From Macrostomum lignano (Eukaryota), in contig NIVC01004277.1 of the NCBI GenBank assembly GCA_002269645.1, positions 1-52,018 of the forward strand: DNA of 52,018 bases. The letters run 5' to 3'. The notes under the pieces are model-generated. The model ran no database searches, was not told the origin of the DNA, and was given only the letters and a program-made list of their open reading frames with translations. Below are positions 12,079 through 33,177 of this stretch, one piece after another. The translations under genes were made by a program, and so were the position numbers. Every line of letters begins with the position of its first letter. Position 1 is the stretch's first letter.

Positions 12079-12564
12079 CAGCTGTCTCTTTGTATCCTAG
12101 GCTGCTGGATCCCACGTCTAAGAGGAGACAAAAGTTAGGTTTGGATTAAGTTTTAAGACAGGTCCAGGTTAGGGCTCAGTTTTAGGTTAGGCCATTATGA
12201 TGTAGGATAAACTAATTTTAGGGTTAGGTTCGACAGCCAACCGTTGTATAGACGCAGTTTTATCCTAAATAACTTTGGTTAAAACCGATCCCGAAGCAAT
12301 CGACAAAATCAAGACAAGTGTTTAACGCGTGTGGTATGCTGTGCAAAGGGCGTCCAATGTTTTAACTTTGCACTCATATCTTTTTATTTATTCTGAGATT
12401 GACTACTAAATTAGACTCAATTATACTCTAAATCTGATGATAAATAGTTGATTGTTGGCATTCAGATTTTTTAGCATCTATTTATCCGACAAATAGTTCG
12501 TATTGTCGTTTGCCACAGTTCCAAGCTCTTTAAATAATTAGTCGCTCTTAACAATAATAACATT

Positions 12565-13115
12565 TCATTCGTTTTCAAACACCACGGCCTCGGCGCAGTA
12601 GCCGCTGAGGTAGCGGACGGTGCAGGTCCGGCAGCAGCACCTCTGCACCAGGTTGTCTGTGTTAAGTCTGCACCTCAGCTTCAACAAAGAGACGCTCTTC
12701 TTCATTCTCTCGCTGCCTGAAACAACAGATCAATTGGTGAAACGCTTACTGTGTCTCTGTATTCTGACTTTTAATAAAAGCTGCATGGTTTCAATGCAAC
12801 ACGACTCTCACTGAGTATCTCTCGAGTCCTCTTTGCGGTGCGGAACCTGCCGTAGCTGTTGTACATCCTGCCGTCGCAGACTTTAGCCACGGCGTCGATT
12901 AGTTCGCGGCCGCAGAAGTTGACAACCGTGTTCTGCGGGTAATAGACAGATTAATGTGCTAATAGCATTATTGACGGTAGCGTTTGGCACGATAAAAGTA
13001 CTTTGTACGAGCTCACCGGATTTTTCTCGTCGAAATCCAAATAGTTATAGGAAGCGAGAAGACCACTGAAACAGCTGAGCAGGATAACTGCGAACAGTAC
13101 ATTTGCAAATTGCAT
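12565..13115 (-). CDS. ilp: Insulin-like peptide precursor, 3 exons (13115-13017, 12932-12812, 12716-12565), 123 aa
   Basis: Hand-spliced with GTGAG...CAG introns of 84 and 95 bp and matching phases (0, 1): MQFANVLFAVILLSCFSGLLA-SYNYLDFDEKNPNTVVNFCGRELIDAVAKVCDGRMYNSYGRFRTAKR-TREILSSERMKK-SVSLLKLRCRLNTDNLVQRCCCRTCTVRYLSGYCAEAVVFENE*. Shows a signal peptide, B-chain CGxxL C-x11-C, A-chain CC-x3-C-x8-C, and dibasic sites KR and KK. Confidence 0.9.
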
Positions 13116-13367
13116 GGCGACTAGTTGGGAGAATAGGATTTTTAAAATAAAAATTGGCAAGGAGTGGCGCTTGCTTGTCTGCAGTTATTAACGAGCAGCC
13201 TTCAACGGACGCAGGATTTTGAGGCAATGAGATTTCGGCTTACATTTTATTGATTTTATAGACTTTGCGAAGCCAAGGTGATTGGAGGGCTCATGGAAAA
13301 CCAATTGAATATAACAAATACTACTGTTTGCCATCGACATTCCTATAGTAGTCAATGAAAAATTACC

Positions 13368-14317
13368 CATTCATTCTGCTGCAATCAAGTCATTCATTCT
13401 GCTGCAATCAAGTCATTCACTCTGTTGCAATCAAGTCATTCACTCTGTTGCAATCAAGTCATTCACTCTGCTGCAATCAAGTCATTCAATCTGCTGAAAT
13501 CAAATCATTCACTCTGTTGCAATCAAGTCATTCATTCTGCTGCAATCAAGTCATTCACTCTACTGCAATCAAGTCATTCACTTTGCTGCAATCAAGTCAT
13601 TCATTCTGCTGCAATCAAATCATTCACTCTGTTGCAATCAAGTCATTCATTCTGCTGCAATCAAATCATTCACTCTGTTGCAATCAAGTCATTCACTCTG
13701 CTGCAATCAAATCATTCACTCTGTTGCAATCAAGTCATTCATTCTGCTGCAATCAAGTCATTCACTTTGCTGCAATCAAGTCATTCATTCTGCTGCAATC
13801 AAGTCATTCATTCTGTTGCAATCAAGTCATTCACTCTGTTGCAATCAAGTCATTCACTCTGCTGCAATCAAGTCATTCATTCTGTTGCAATCAAGTCATT
13901 CACTCTGCTGCAATCAAGTCATTCACTCTGCTGCAATCAAGTCATTCACTTTGCTGCAATCAAGTCATTCATTCTGCTGCAATCAAATCATTCACTCTGT
14001 TGCAATCAAGTCATTCATTCTGCTGCAATCAAATCATTCACTCTGTTGCAATCAAGTCATTCACTCTGCTGCAATCAAATCATTCACTCTGTTGCAATCA
14101 AGTCATTCATTCTGCTGCAATCAAGTCATTCACTTTGCTGCAATCAAGTCATTCATTCTGCTGCAATCAAGTCATTCATTCTGTTGCAATCAAGTCATTC
14201 ACTCTGTTGCAATCAAGTCATTCACTCTGCTGCAATCAAATCATTCACTCTGTTGCAATCAAGTCATTCACTCTGCTGCAATCAAGTCATTCACTCTGCT
14301 GCAATCAAGTCATTCAC
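13368..14317. repeat. 23-bp minisatellite (GCTGCAATCAAGTCATTCACTCT), ~41 units
   Basis: Direct reading. It explains the long spurious ORFs at 13355-14928. Confidence 0.95.
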
Positions 14318-14887
14318 AAAGCAACAATCAACCGTTCACAAAACAGCAATTTACCACTCACAAAGCAATCATCCAAAATTCACAAAGCAACCATCCAATA
14401 TTCACAGAGCAACCATCCAACATTCACAGAGCACCAATTTACTATTCACAAAGCAACCATCCAACATTCACAGAGCACCAATCTACCATTCACAAAGCAA
14501 TCATCCAACATTCACAGAGAACCAATCTACCATTCACAAAGCAACCATCCAACATTCACAGAGCACCAATTTACTATTCACAAAGCAACCATCCAACATT
14601 CACAGAGAACCAATCTACCATGCATTCACAAAGCAACCATCCAACATTCACAGAGCACCAATCTACCATGCATTCACAAAGCAACCATCCAACATTCACA
14701 GAGCACCAATCTACCATGCATTCACAAAGCAACCATCCAACATTCACAGAGCACCAATCTACCATTCACAAAGCAATCATCCAACATTCACAGAGAACCA
14801 ATCTACCATTCACAAAGCAATCATCCAACATTCACAGAGCACCAATCTACCATGCATTCACAAAGCAACCATCCAACATTCACAAAG
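14311..14887. repeat. 22-bp two-subunit minisatellite (ATTCACAAAGCAACCATCCAAC / ATTCACAGAGCACCAATCTACC, some with extra ATGC)
   Basis: Alternating 22-mers forming 44/48-bp dimers, contiguous with the 23-bp array. Confidence 0.9.
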
Positions 14888-15016
14888 TAATTAACAATCA
14901 AAGCAGGGTGAATGTCAGTTTTAGATAATTTTTACGAGCTCATCATGTGATTGATATGCGAGTAATATGAAATTATTGATGGTTTTAGTGTGAAAGGAGG
15001 ACTGTTACGGAGCAAG

Positions 15017-15190
15017 TCGTGAATGGCAGATCCCTTAGTTGTGAATGGTAGATTGCTAAGTTGTGAATGGCAGATCCCTAAGTTGTGAATGGCAGACTGC
15101 TAAGTTGTTAATGGCTGATCCTTTTTAAGTTGTGATTGGAAGATCGTAAAGTGGTGAATGGTATATTGCTAAGTTGTGAATGGCAGATAG
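15017..15190. repeat. Degenerate 22-bp minisatellite (AGTTGTGAATGGCAGATyCyTA), inverted relative of the 14311-14887 array
   Basis: About 8 units. 15039-15055 is the exact reverse complement of 14479-14495. Confidence 0.8.
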
Positions 15191-15578
15191 ATAGAGAACA
15201 GTTAATGTGAATAGCTGATCGTGAATGGAAGAACCAAATACTATTATTAGCGTGCTTTTTCTGATATTTGTTTTGCTTTGGTTACAGAGACAAATTTGGC
15301 AGTGCGCTCAAGCTGGATCAGCGATCCAAAGATTTCCTCGGCATTAACTTCTTTGCAGACACGCAGCGGGCGTTGTGTTGCAGAAACTGACGTTTGATTG
15401 CTTTGAGCAATTTTAGACAAACTTCGTGCCAGAGAAATCTGGAAAAATAGCTGAGCTTTTCTGTCGACAGGTGTCCCCTGTCAGGCCTTTAAAATTGCAC
15501 AGCTGACTGAGCAGCGTCTCAACTCAGGAAATAAATTTCAATTGACGTGCAGCGAAAACTCTCCACCCACGATTTTTG

Positions 15579-16912
<1,334 letters not shown>

Positions 16913-17721
16913 CATCTTGTGCACTGTATAACTTGCCTAGCAGTGTTTACAGGGTGATGGTTTGCTGAGTCTGGGCTTAAGAAAGCTCTCCATCAAATTT
17001 CGACTCCGAGATACGAAGTAGTTGAGCTCGCGAAATGTGTGCATTCATATACTTAGGATATTGTTAGCAAAGTCCAACTAGGTCGAACAAACAAAGTCTG
17101 ACAAGCAAAGTCCATTCAACCGCCTCCTACAAGAAAATACTTGCCTAGAGTACTAAAAGATAATTCAAAATGCAAAGTCATCTAAGCGCGGTACGCAGTG
17201 CTTGTGCTTATTTCTGGTTCAATTTCGTTTCATCGTCTTGTTTATTTGCTGGAAGCAAGAAGGAGCCGCATCAAAGGCAAAAAAGTACAATTTTCAGCCC
17301 TCTATTTAAAAGAAAATTAGGCCTAATTAGTGAAGTATCCTTTGTTGCATTAGCTAATATGAGCAACATGCTACTTTAATATTGTCTAGCGCAAAAGTGA
17401 GAATAGCTGCATACATATTATAGGTGCCTTATTACTGTTAAAAAACTAGCTATACGAAATGTCCAACCTTGCAAGTGAAATATACATTATCTATTAGTGC
17501 AAACTGGGAATCAATTCAGAGGCCACATGCTATGGCGACGCATGCCGCACTCACAAAGGTGTCAAATTAGCCATATAAATTTGTGCAGCGCAATGCCAAC
17601 GGATGAGCTAACAGAAATGGTCTATCTTAATTTAAGTTTTCATTTCATAAAAAAGAGACGCGTACGTTCAAAAAAACATGATGCAAAACTCGGGACACAG
17701 TACTAATTGTCCAGTCTGTCA

Positions 17722-26204
<8,483 letters not shown>

Positions 26205-26962
26205 CTTTCAAGGTGTTGTTTTAAACAAATGGAAACTGTTGTGACTAAAATTTGTCAAGAATTATAAACATTTTCTGCATTGATGTCTAACTTCGAACTT
26301 GGCTCGAAACTATTTAGGACCAAGTTCATCAAAATAATTTGACTACTATAAATATGACGCGATCTGTTGTGAACAAAGAAATGCAGTCTAGGTAATATGG
26401 TTAGATAAGCTAAGGGACTCCAGGATCTTTAGGAAAAAAGCTACATGTATGTAAACGCGGACTATATATAAGAGCTATTAGAAAATGTGATAAAATAGTC
26501 AAATAAAACACTTCTCACCTCTGCAGCCATATTTCATATAGAGACAGAGAAAAATTATAGCTAGAAAAAACACACAGCCGCTGGCCCAGCCACTCTGTCA
26601 AATTTATCTTTCAAAATGGCGCCATAAATGTGTCCTCGCGCACATAACGAAGATCGTTATAAGCAGTGAATAAAGCCGGAATTTTTATCGCTTAAAAAGT
26701 TTTCTATCCAGACTTAATTTTCATCTATTCGTCTCGCATTTACACCCAAACTTGCATTTATGATTTTAAAGCTCTATTTACAGCTCTATTTATATTTACA
26801 GCTTTAAAAGATAATAAAATATATACACGAATAATAAAATTTGGAAATTTGAAATTTGAGCACGAACAAGACATTGTGTCAGATATGCGACTCGTATGTT
26901 ATTGCTTAGTCAGAAAAAACTGAACTGAGCTATTTTGATACAAAAATAAATAAGGCACGGAG

Positions 26963-27430
<468 letters not shown>

Positions 27431-28313
27431 TGATTGACTGATAGATACTTTAGTTTCAAACTGTTTTTACTGTAGTAAAAAATCCCTCCCACACTACTGA
27501 AACAGAAGCCCAGTAGCTTATCAGAACATGATGAAAATGTCTGGCATGTAAATGGCACGAAAGGCACGGAATCGAACTCGCTGACTTTGGCACAAATGCC
27601 GGCCGTGTTCTCAGCAGCTCTTATAATTTTTTTATGCTGACCGAAAAAGAAGAATAAAAACTTACCTATAGCTGAGATCAAAAGCGCTCATTTATAGACA
27701 GACCGGTAAAAAAGGTTTGAAAAACCAATAAAAGAGAAAATTCAAGCCTCTCAATGGAAATTCACGCAGAAATTGATCTTGTAGGAAAGTATATTTCTCC
27801 ATGGAGTCGAATAGATGTTAAAAATATTTTCATACATCCAAATAGACTACACCATGAAGGCTTACATCCAAGACGTGGGTTAAAGTCCAGTGACACGTTT
27901 GTTTACCTGTTCAAAAATTCGCCAATAAGCTGTAAGAACACTCCCAAACTGATTAAGTGTTAGTCTGGAATGGGATTTGCTACTTTGAAGCAACTGAAGC
28001 AAGAGAAGGACATTGCGTCGGGGTTGAGGCTCCTCTCTTACCCTATTTTAGTTTAGTACAGACCTTCGATTTGAGCCATCTGCGAAAAGCAACGATGATT
28101 TTAGGGAATTCAGCAAAGCCGAATGTTTGAAGAGCGTGCTAAAACTGCTGCTCGAAGCTTAGTGGAGATGAGCAAACAGTTAAGCATAGATATGATGCAA
28201 AGTGTGTAGAAATGTTAGTCTCTTAGAGAGGAGACTCGCAAATACAGTCATTCACTTTATAAAGCTCATCTTCACACTTGTTAGTATGCAATAGATATTG
28301 GGTAAAATAATTT

Positions 28314-28655
28314 TCAATAGCCCTCTTTGTTGACGCAGAATTGCCGCTGTAGGGGGCGCCCATTCCGATAACCCCTGGTGACCTCGGTCAAGCTGGTGCT
28401 GCGGTGTCGCTCAGGGAGATCCGGTGGTGCCGGTGGTCCGCCTCCGGAGAGTTCAGGAGGACAATGGAGGTGGATGGCCGCTCGCCCGGTAGCCATCAGG
28501 TAGCGGACGAGCTGGCAGAGATTCTCGGGCCTGAAAACGCTGGAGAGGTCCGGGTTTGGGCCGAGGTAGGTGAGCGTGTCCTGAGTAAAGGCACAGTCAC
28601 ACAGATGAAGTGCTGTTGCTGTCCGAACCCATGTGATCTTGAAAGTTTCTGACAA
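28314..28655 (-). mobile_element. Possible 3' fragment of a non-LTR retrotransposon ORF
   Basis: An isolated GC-rich patch translating to ...ALHLCDCAF...DLSSVFRPENLCQLVRYLMATGR, loosely like C-termini of LINE ORF2 proteins. No catalytic motif, so support is weak. Confidence 0.25.
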
Positions 28656-29545
28656 ACACGCACTTTATTTTAGTCACTGTGCTGACGTCAGTCAAAGAGA
28701 TAAAATAACAAATTTTTTTCCAAAGGCCGTTTTAATAATAAATGACTTTGACTTTGACTTTGGCTTTCGAATGTAATTGCCAGCCCCTGGCATAGAATTA
28801 CCACAACACCGGGCCAGTGGTGCTGCGACAGGACAATGCTCAGGGCGTGTTTTGTATTTTATATTTGGGCAGCAATATAAACACCGGTAATTAGTTAAAG
28901 AAGGATGAGAATGTAAACAGGAGGAGCTGATAATTTATCAGATTTTAATTTGCAGAGAATGCCTCTGTTTTCCAGTATCTAACGGAGAGTTTTGAGCAAC
29001 AAATTATCGTCGTCTTATGGCCACGCCCTAGCAACTATACGAAAAATGTGTGCGTGCTAACGGTATAATGCATCTACCTGCCTGGTGGCTCACCGAGCTG
29101 ATAGGAAGAAAGGCACACTCTGTCAGGGAGAGGCGAAGAATACGAGAATATGAGTGAATTCCTTCAAGGCCTATACGATGAGGTTGCACTGCAAACCCTT
29201 GAGCCAACGCGGGAATAATGCTTGTACTGCAAACAGAATGAGCTGTGTCTTCGATTCAACCGGCCCCGGCTAGTCCCAGCCAGTCCACTAGCAACTCAGT
29301 GGCTCAAATGTTTCTTTGCATTAATAAATTCATCGGGGAGAAATATTGATTAAGGAGGTAAAAAAGTAAAGACCTCCAGCTCACTGGCAAAGGCAAGGAA
29401 AATTTCAGACTCGGCTTCAACAAGCTGCTGAGATGTTTTGGATGCGCCTGCGGTTTCCAATAGAAACCAAAATAAGCCATGCATATTTTCTTTGTATTTT
29501 TAATTCACCTGACTAACAGAACAGAATAGTTTTGCAGATTGTGCT

Positions 29546-29680
29546 CAAGACGACTCAAGTAGAAGGACGGGGAACTGCGTTTCTTGGTTTTACCAAAAAT
29601 ATACATTCCGAGGGAATGAAGGTCTCATTTTTTCGCACAAAATTTGTTTAAAATTGCTTTTGCAGTAGAAGGCAGACCCA
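29546..29680 (+). mobile_element. Diverged solo arm related to the 4192-4889 MITE TIR
   Basis: CAAGACGACTCAAGTAGAAGGACGGGGAACTGCGTTTCTT versus CAAGGACGACTTAAGTAGAAGGACGGGAAACCTCGTTTCTT. Further colinear blocks: TCATTTTTTC-GCACAAAA and AGGCAGAyCCA. Confidence 0.7.
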
Positions 29681-30951
29681 AGGAATGAATTAAGGTGCGC
29701 TATTTTTTATAATTTTAGGCACAGGACATGCAGGTACATGTAGGATATAAAATTGACACAGATTCATAATTTTTAAACAGAATGATTTTGCTTTGTATGC
29801 AAGGATCGCAAAGGAAAAAGGGTTTTTTGTTTCACATTAACGCAGTACCCGAGGCAATACCTGATTAAAAATTGTTGCAGCCTACCGAAGGTGCTTGGAT
29901 CGTACAGTTTATAAACTTAGTTTCTATCCTACTGTATCTGGGACTCTGACTTTCTACTTGGTCAGGTAAAATGAATAAGCTGTGAATTCTTCAGGCTTCG
30001 GCCTTGCTCCTTTCGCTTCTTCCACCCCTGCCAGCAAAGGAGGATCGCGATGCTCGTGACGCATTAAAAGAAAACTGCAACAGATGCCGTCTTATTTCAT
30101 TTATTCAGTCGGTAGCTCGCAACTCATGCTCGAAGCCAACGCTAGGTCTCTTTCACCCTGGCTGTCGGGTTTATCAATACACATGCATACTGCTCCATCA
30201 TAGACTCAGCTTTCTTCCCAAAACTTGGCAAAAATTTGCTTTATAATTGAAAGGCTTCCGTCATTGTCGGTCTGAAAGCTTTCGGCATTTTAGCAACCTG
30301 TCAAGTTCTGACACTGTTGTTTTCAATCTGGCTCTTTCTTAGCCCAGTGAAACAATATTTCAATGCCTATCGGAATTCCAGTTACCTCCAGAAGAAGTAT
30401 GAAACCGCATTATCAATTCCCGATGGCACTTGATATAATTTGATTGACGTCCCGTGTCTGCAAATACCCAATATCTGTGATGAGCATCATTTGCATATAT
30501 CTAGATATGTGTGCATAACAACGTCATCTATTTAATAATACTTGCATTGCAAGTATTGCTAATATTGGTGTACTTTGAAGACGTCTGTAGTACCAGAGTC
30601 GGATATTTTTCAATAGTCTCAAAGCAGTGTTCAAGCCAAGCTCAAATGAAAAAAGCAACAATGATTCGCATAACGAAAGGTATTGAGTATTCTTTTATCA
30701 GACACAATCGTTTATTGCCAGAAAAAGGGAATCTATCAATAGTTTTTTCACGATCGTTAAATTACCAAGCTTGGTGATACAGTGGCTCAAGGGGGGCTTG
30801 GAGCGGTTGTGAGCGAGTGTCTGTGTGTGTGTTAATTCAGTCAGTTTTGTCTGCTTGCAGCGCTTTTAAATTTTCGAATTAGCATTCTGTCGAGTAAAGT
30901 TAATCCATTTTGGCTCGGGTTGCTCAGGATTAGAGACACGCCAGAGGATTC

Positions 30952-31548
30952 TTAGCCCAGTCGAGACTGGGCGCTCCAGACGCGCTTGTCGAGGTTCGCC
31001 TCTTCGAAGGCGATGATGGCGTGGTTGTTGTTGTTGATGGCGTCATCCCAGTCCTTCTTTCCCAGTCGGGAACCGGCATGCCAGGCCTTCTTTCCCAGTC
31101 GGGAACCGGCATGCCAGGCCTTCTTACCCAATCGGGAACCGGCATGCCAGGCCTTCTTTCCCAGTCGGGAACCGGCATGCCAGGCCCTCTTCTTTCCCAG
31201 TCGGGAACCGGCATGCCAGGCCCTCTTCTTTCCCAGTCGGGAACCGGCATTCCAGGCCTTCTTACCCAATCGGGAACCGGCATGCCAGGCCTTCTTTCCC
31301 AGTCGGGAACCGGCATGCCAGGCCCTCTTCTTTCCCAGTCGGGAACCGGCATGCCAGGCCTTCTTCAGCACAGCATCGTAATAATCAGAGTCAGCTCTAT
31401 CCATGTACATCCTGTACATTGCCTCCAGTTCGTCCAGACTGTCTCCGTCATGATGTTCGTCGTCTACGGCATGGTGAGACGAAGCTGAGCAGGACACTAC
31501 GGCAATGGAGATCAGCAGTAGAGTCGCAATTAACGGGTGCTTCAGCAT
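30952..31548 (-). CDS. Neuropeptide precursor (198 aa): predicted 8x AWHAGSRL-amide, 1x AWNAGSRL-amide, 1x VWSAQSRL-amide
   Basis: Hydrophobic signal peptide and an acidic spacer, then nine 33/36-bp repeats, each flanked by KK/KKR and ending in Gly (amide donor). The last peptide follows KR and ends in G-stop. Confidence 0.93.
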   Translation of the reverse strand: MLKHPLIATLLLISIAVVSCSASSHHAVDDEHHDGDSLDELEAMYRMYMDRADSDYYDAVLKKAWHAGSRLGKKRAWHAGSRLGKKAWHAGSRLGKKAWNAGSRLGKKRAWHAGSRLGKKRAWHAGSRLGKKAWHAGSRLGKKAWHAGSRLGKKAWHAGSRLGKKDWDDAINNNNHAIIAFEEANLDKRVWSAQSRLG

Positions 31549-32830
31549 GTCCGTTCCTGCTGGCTCAACGTCGTTATAGTCTGTGGGTAATCAGTAGAGC
31601 TCGTCAAGACGTGTTAATCCCTGTCGTTGAGATAGCACGGGAAGCGAAGCAACTGGGTTAGCTAGGAGCAGTGAGTCCTCTTTTAGAGCTGGGAGCTGGT
31701 GTCGCTACTGATGCTGTAGGCCAATCGCCTTACGATTAGGAGGGGTGGGGGGGTTTCTCGTGCGTCACACGACATTGGTTGGCTGAGCAAAAGAGTAGAT
31801 TTTGGGAGTTTGAGTGAATCGTTTCTAAAGCCGTATGGAATCAGGATTTCAAACAAGAATTGTCTGTTGGTAGTCATGGATTCGTGTACCTACCCGTATC
31901 AGTTACAGTTTCTCAGGATAGCATACCAGAGTTCAGGATGTGAGCACAGTGTTCTGCAGGATGTGAGCTTTGCACCAGCAATTTGAACTTGTTTAAATAA
32001 TTCTCTTTGCATTCGTTGTTGATTTTGTGTTTAAAATCAATACGCGCTTCGGGTCCCAATGGACTGCCTCTCGGAGAGCAGATTTAGCTGAAACCATTCA
32101 GCTCTGTTCACTTAGGCTCGTTCAATCAGGCTGGCTTTAGCGCTAATTCAATTTCAATCGGATGATGGAGGCTGGATCAGTCAGTTTAGATTGCTATTTT
32201 TGCAAAAAACCGCCGTATTTAACAAATGGATTATCGGTTAGAGCTTGATGTTAAAATAGATTTTCGAATTGACAGCTTAAAACCGCGGCTATTAGCGTAG
32301 AATCTCGTCGATTTTGTTATACTCGCAGTTCGACGTAATTACGTTATTACGTCTCGAATGCGGCACGCGAATCGGCAATCCAGTATTTTTATGCGCACTC
32401 CATAAAACTGCAATGAATACATTTCGGGCGAGAGATGGTTGGGAAAAATTGAGGATCTGGGTTAAGCGCGAAATTTATCCATTAGTCACAAAATACAGGG
32501 CACGCAATTGCGACTCCATAAAGGTAGTCAGTTGGCAATAAAATATCATATTGGGGAACAGATTTTAGTAAACTGGGACATGAAACTTTATGCCAAAACT
32601 TTTATAGAAATATTTTACAGGCTGGTGTACCTAATTAGAACTCTGAGATTCAAAAAGGTAGCAACAAATCATTTAGTTGGGGTGGCTGAATATCTCAAGA
32701 GGTCCATAAACCCGGGTAGAGGTATCCGGAATTGATTCCGTGCTCGCCTATGAAGACCTCAAGGAACGGAGTCCGTACACTGCTTGACGATAAGAAAGTT
32801 CAGGGGCGCTGCTACACCCAGCCTGAGCAG

Positions 32831-33177
32831 CAGGCACGTCGTTACCGGGGGGGGGGACAGGGGGGACATGTCCCCCAGAAAAAGCTCTGGGGGACATGCC
32901 AATGCTTTGTCCCCCCACCCCACCTTGCCAGTCGTTTTGGTAATCAATACTTTTTCTACAGGGTGCTAAAATATAGCGCCTTCGGCGCTAAAATGAGTGC
33001 CTGCAACGCTAAAATGAGTGCCTGCTGCGCTAAAATGAGTACCTGCGGCGCTATAATGAGTGCCTGCAGCGCAAAAATGAGTTCCTGCGGCGCTAAAATG
33101 AGTGCCTAAGTTTAGTCATGTACATGTTGAATTCTTGGCTTTGTCCCCCCCACCATAAATCCATGGCGACGCCCTTG
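32831..33177. mobile_element. Second, inverted copy (B) of the 23046-23592 MITE family, ~6 internal 21-bp units
   Basis: Shares both unique flanks with copy A in reverse orientation (CCATGGATTT(T)ATGGTGGGG..CAAAGCCAAGAATTC and GGGGACAAAGCATTGGCATGTCCCC). Flanks CTGAGCAG / CCGAGCAT match 6/8. Confidence 0.7.

Noticed and set aside
27568-27579. B-box-like GAGTTCGATTCC on the minus strand suggesting a tRNA or SINE
   Set aside because: No A-box or cloverleaf could be built around it.
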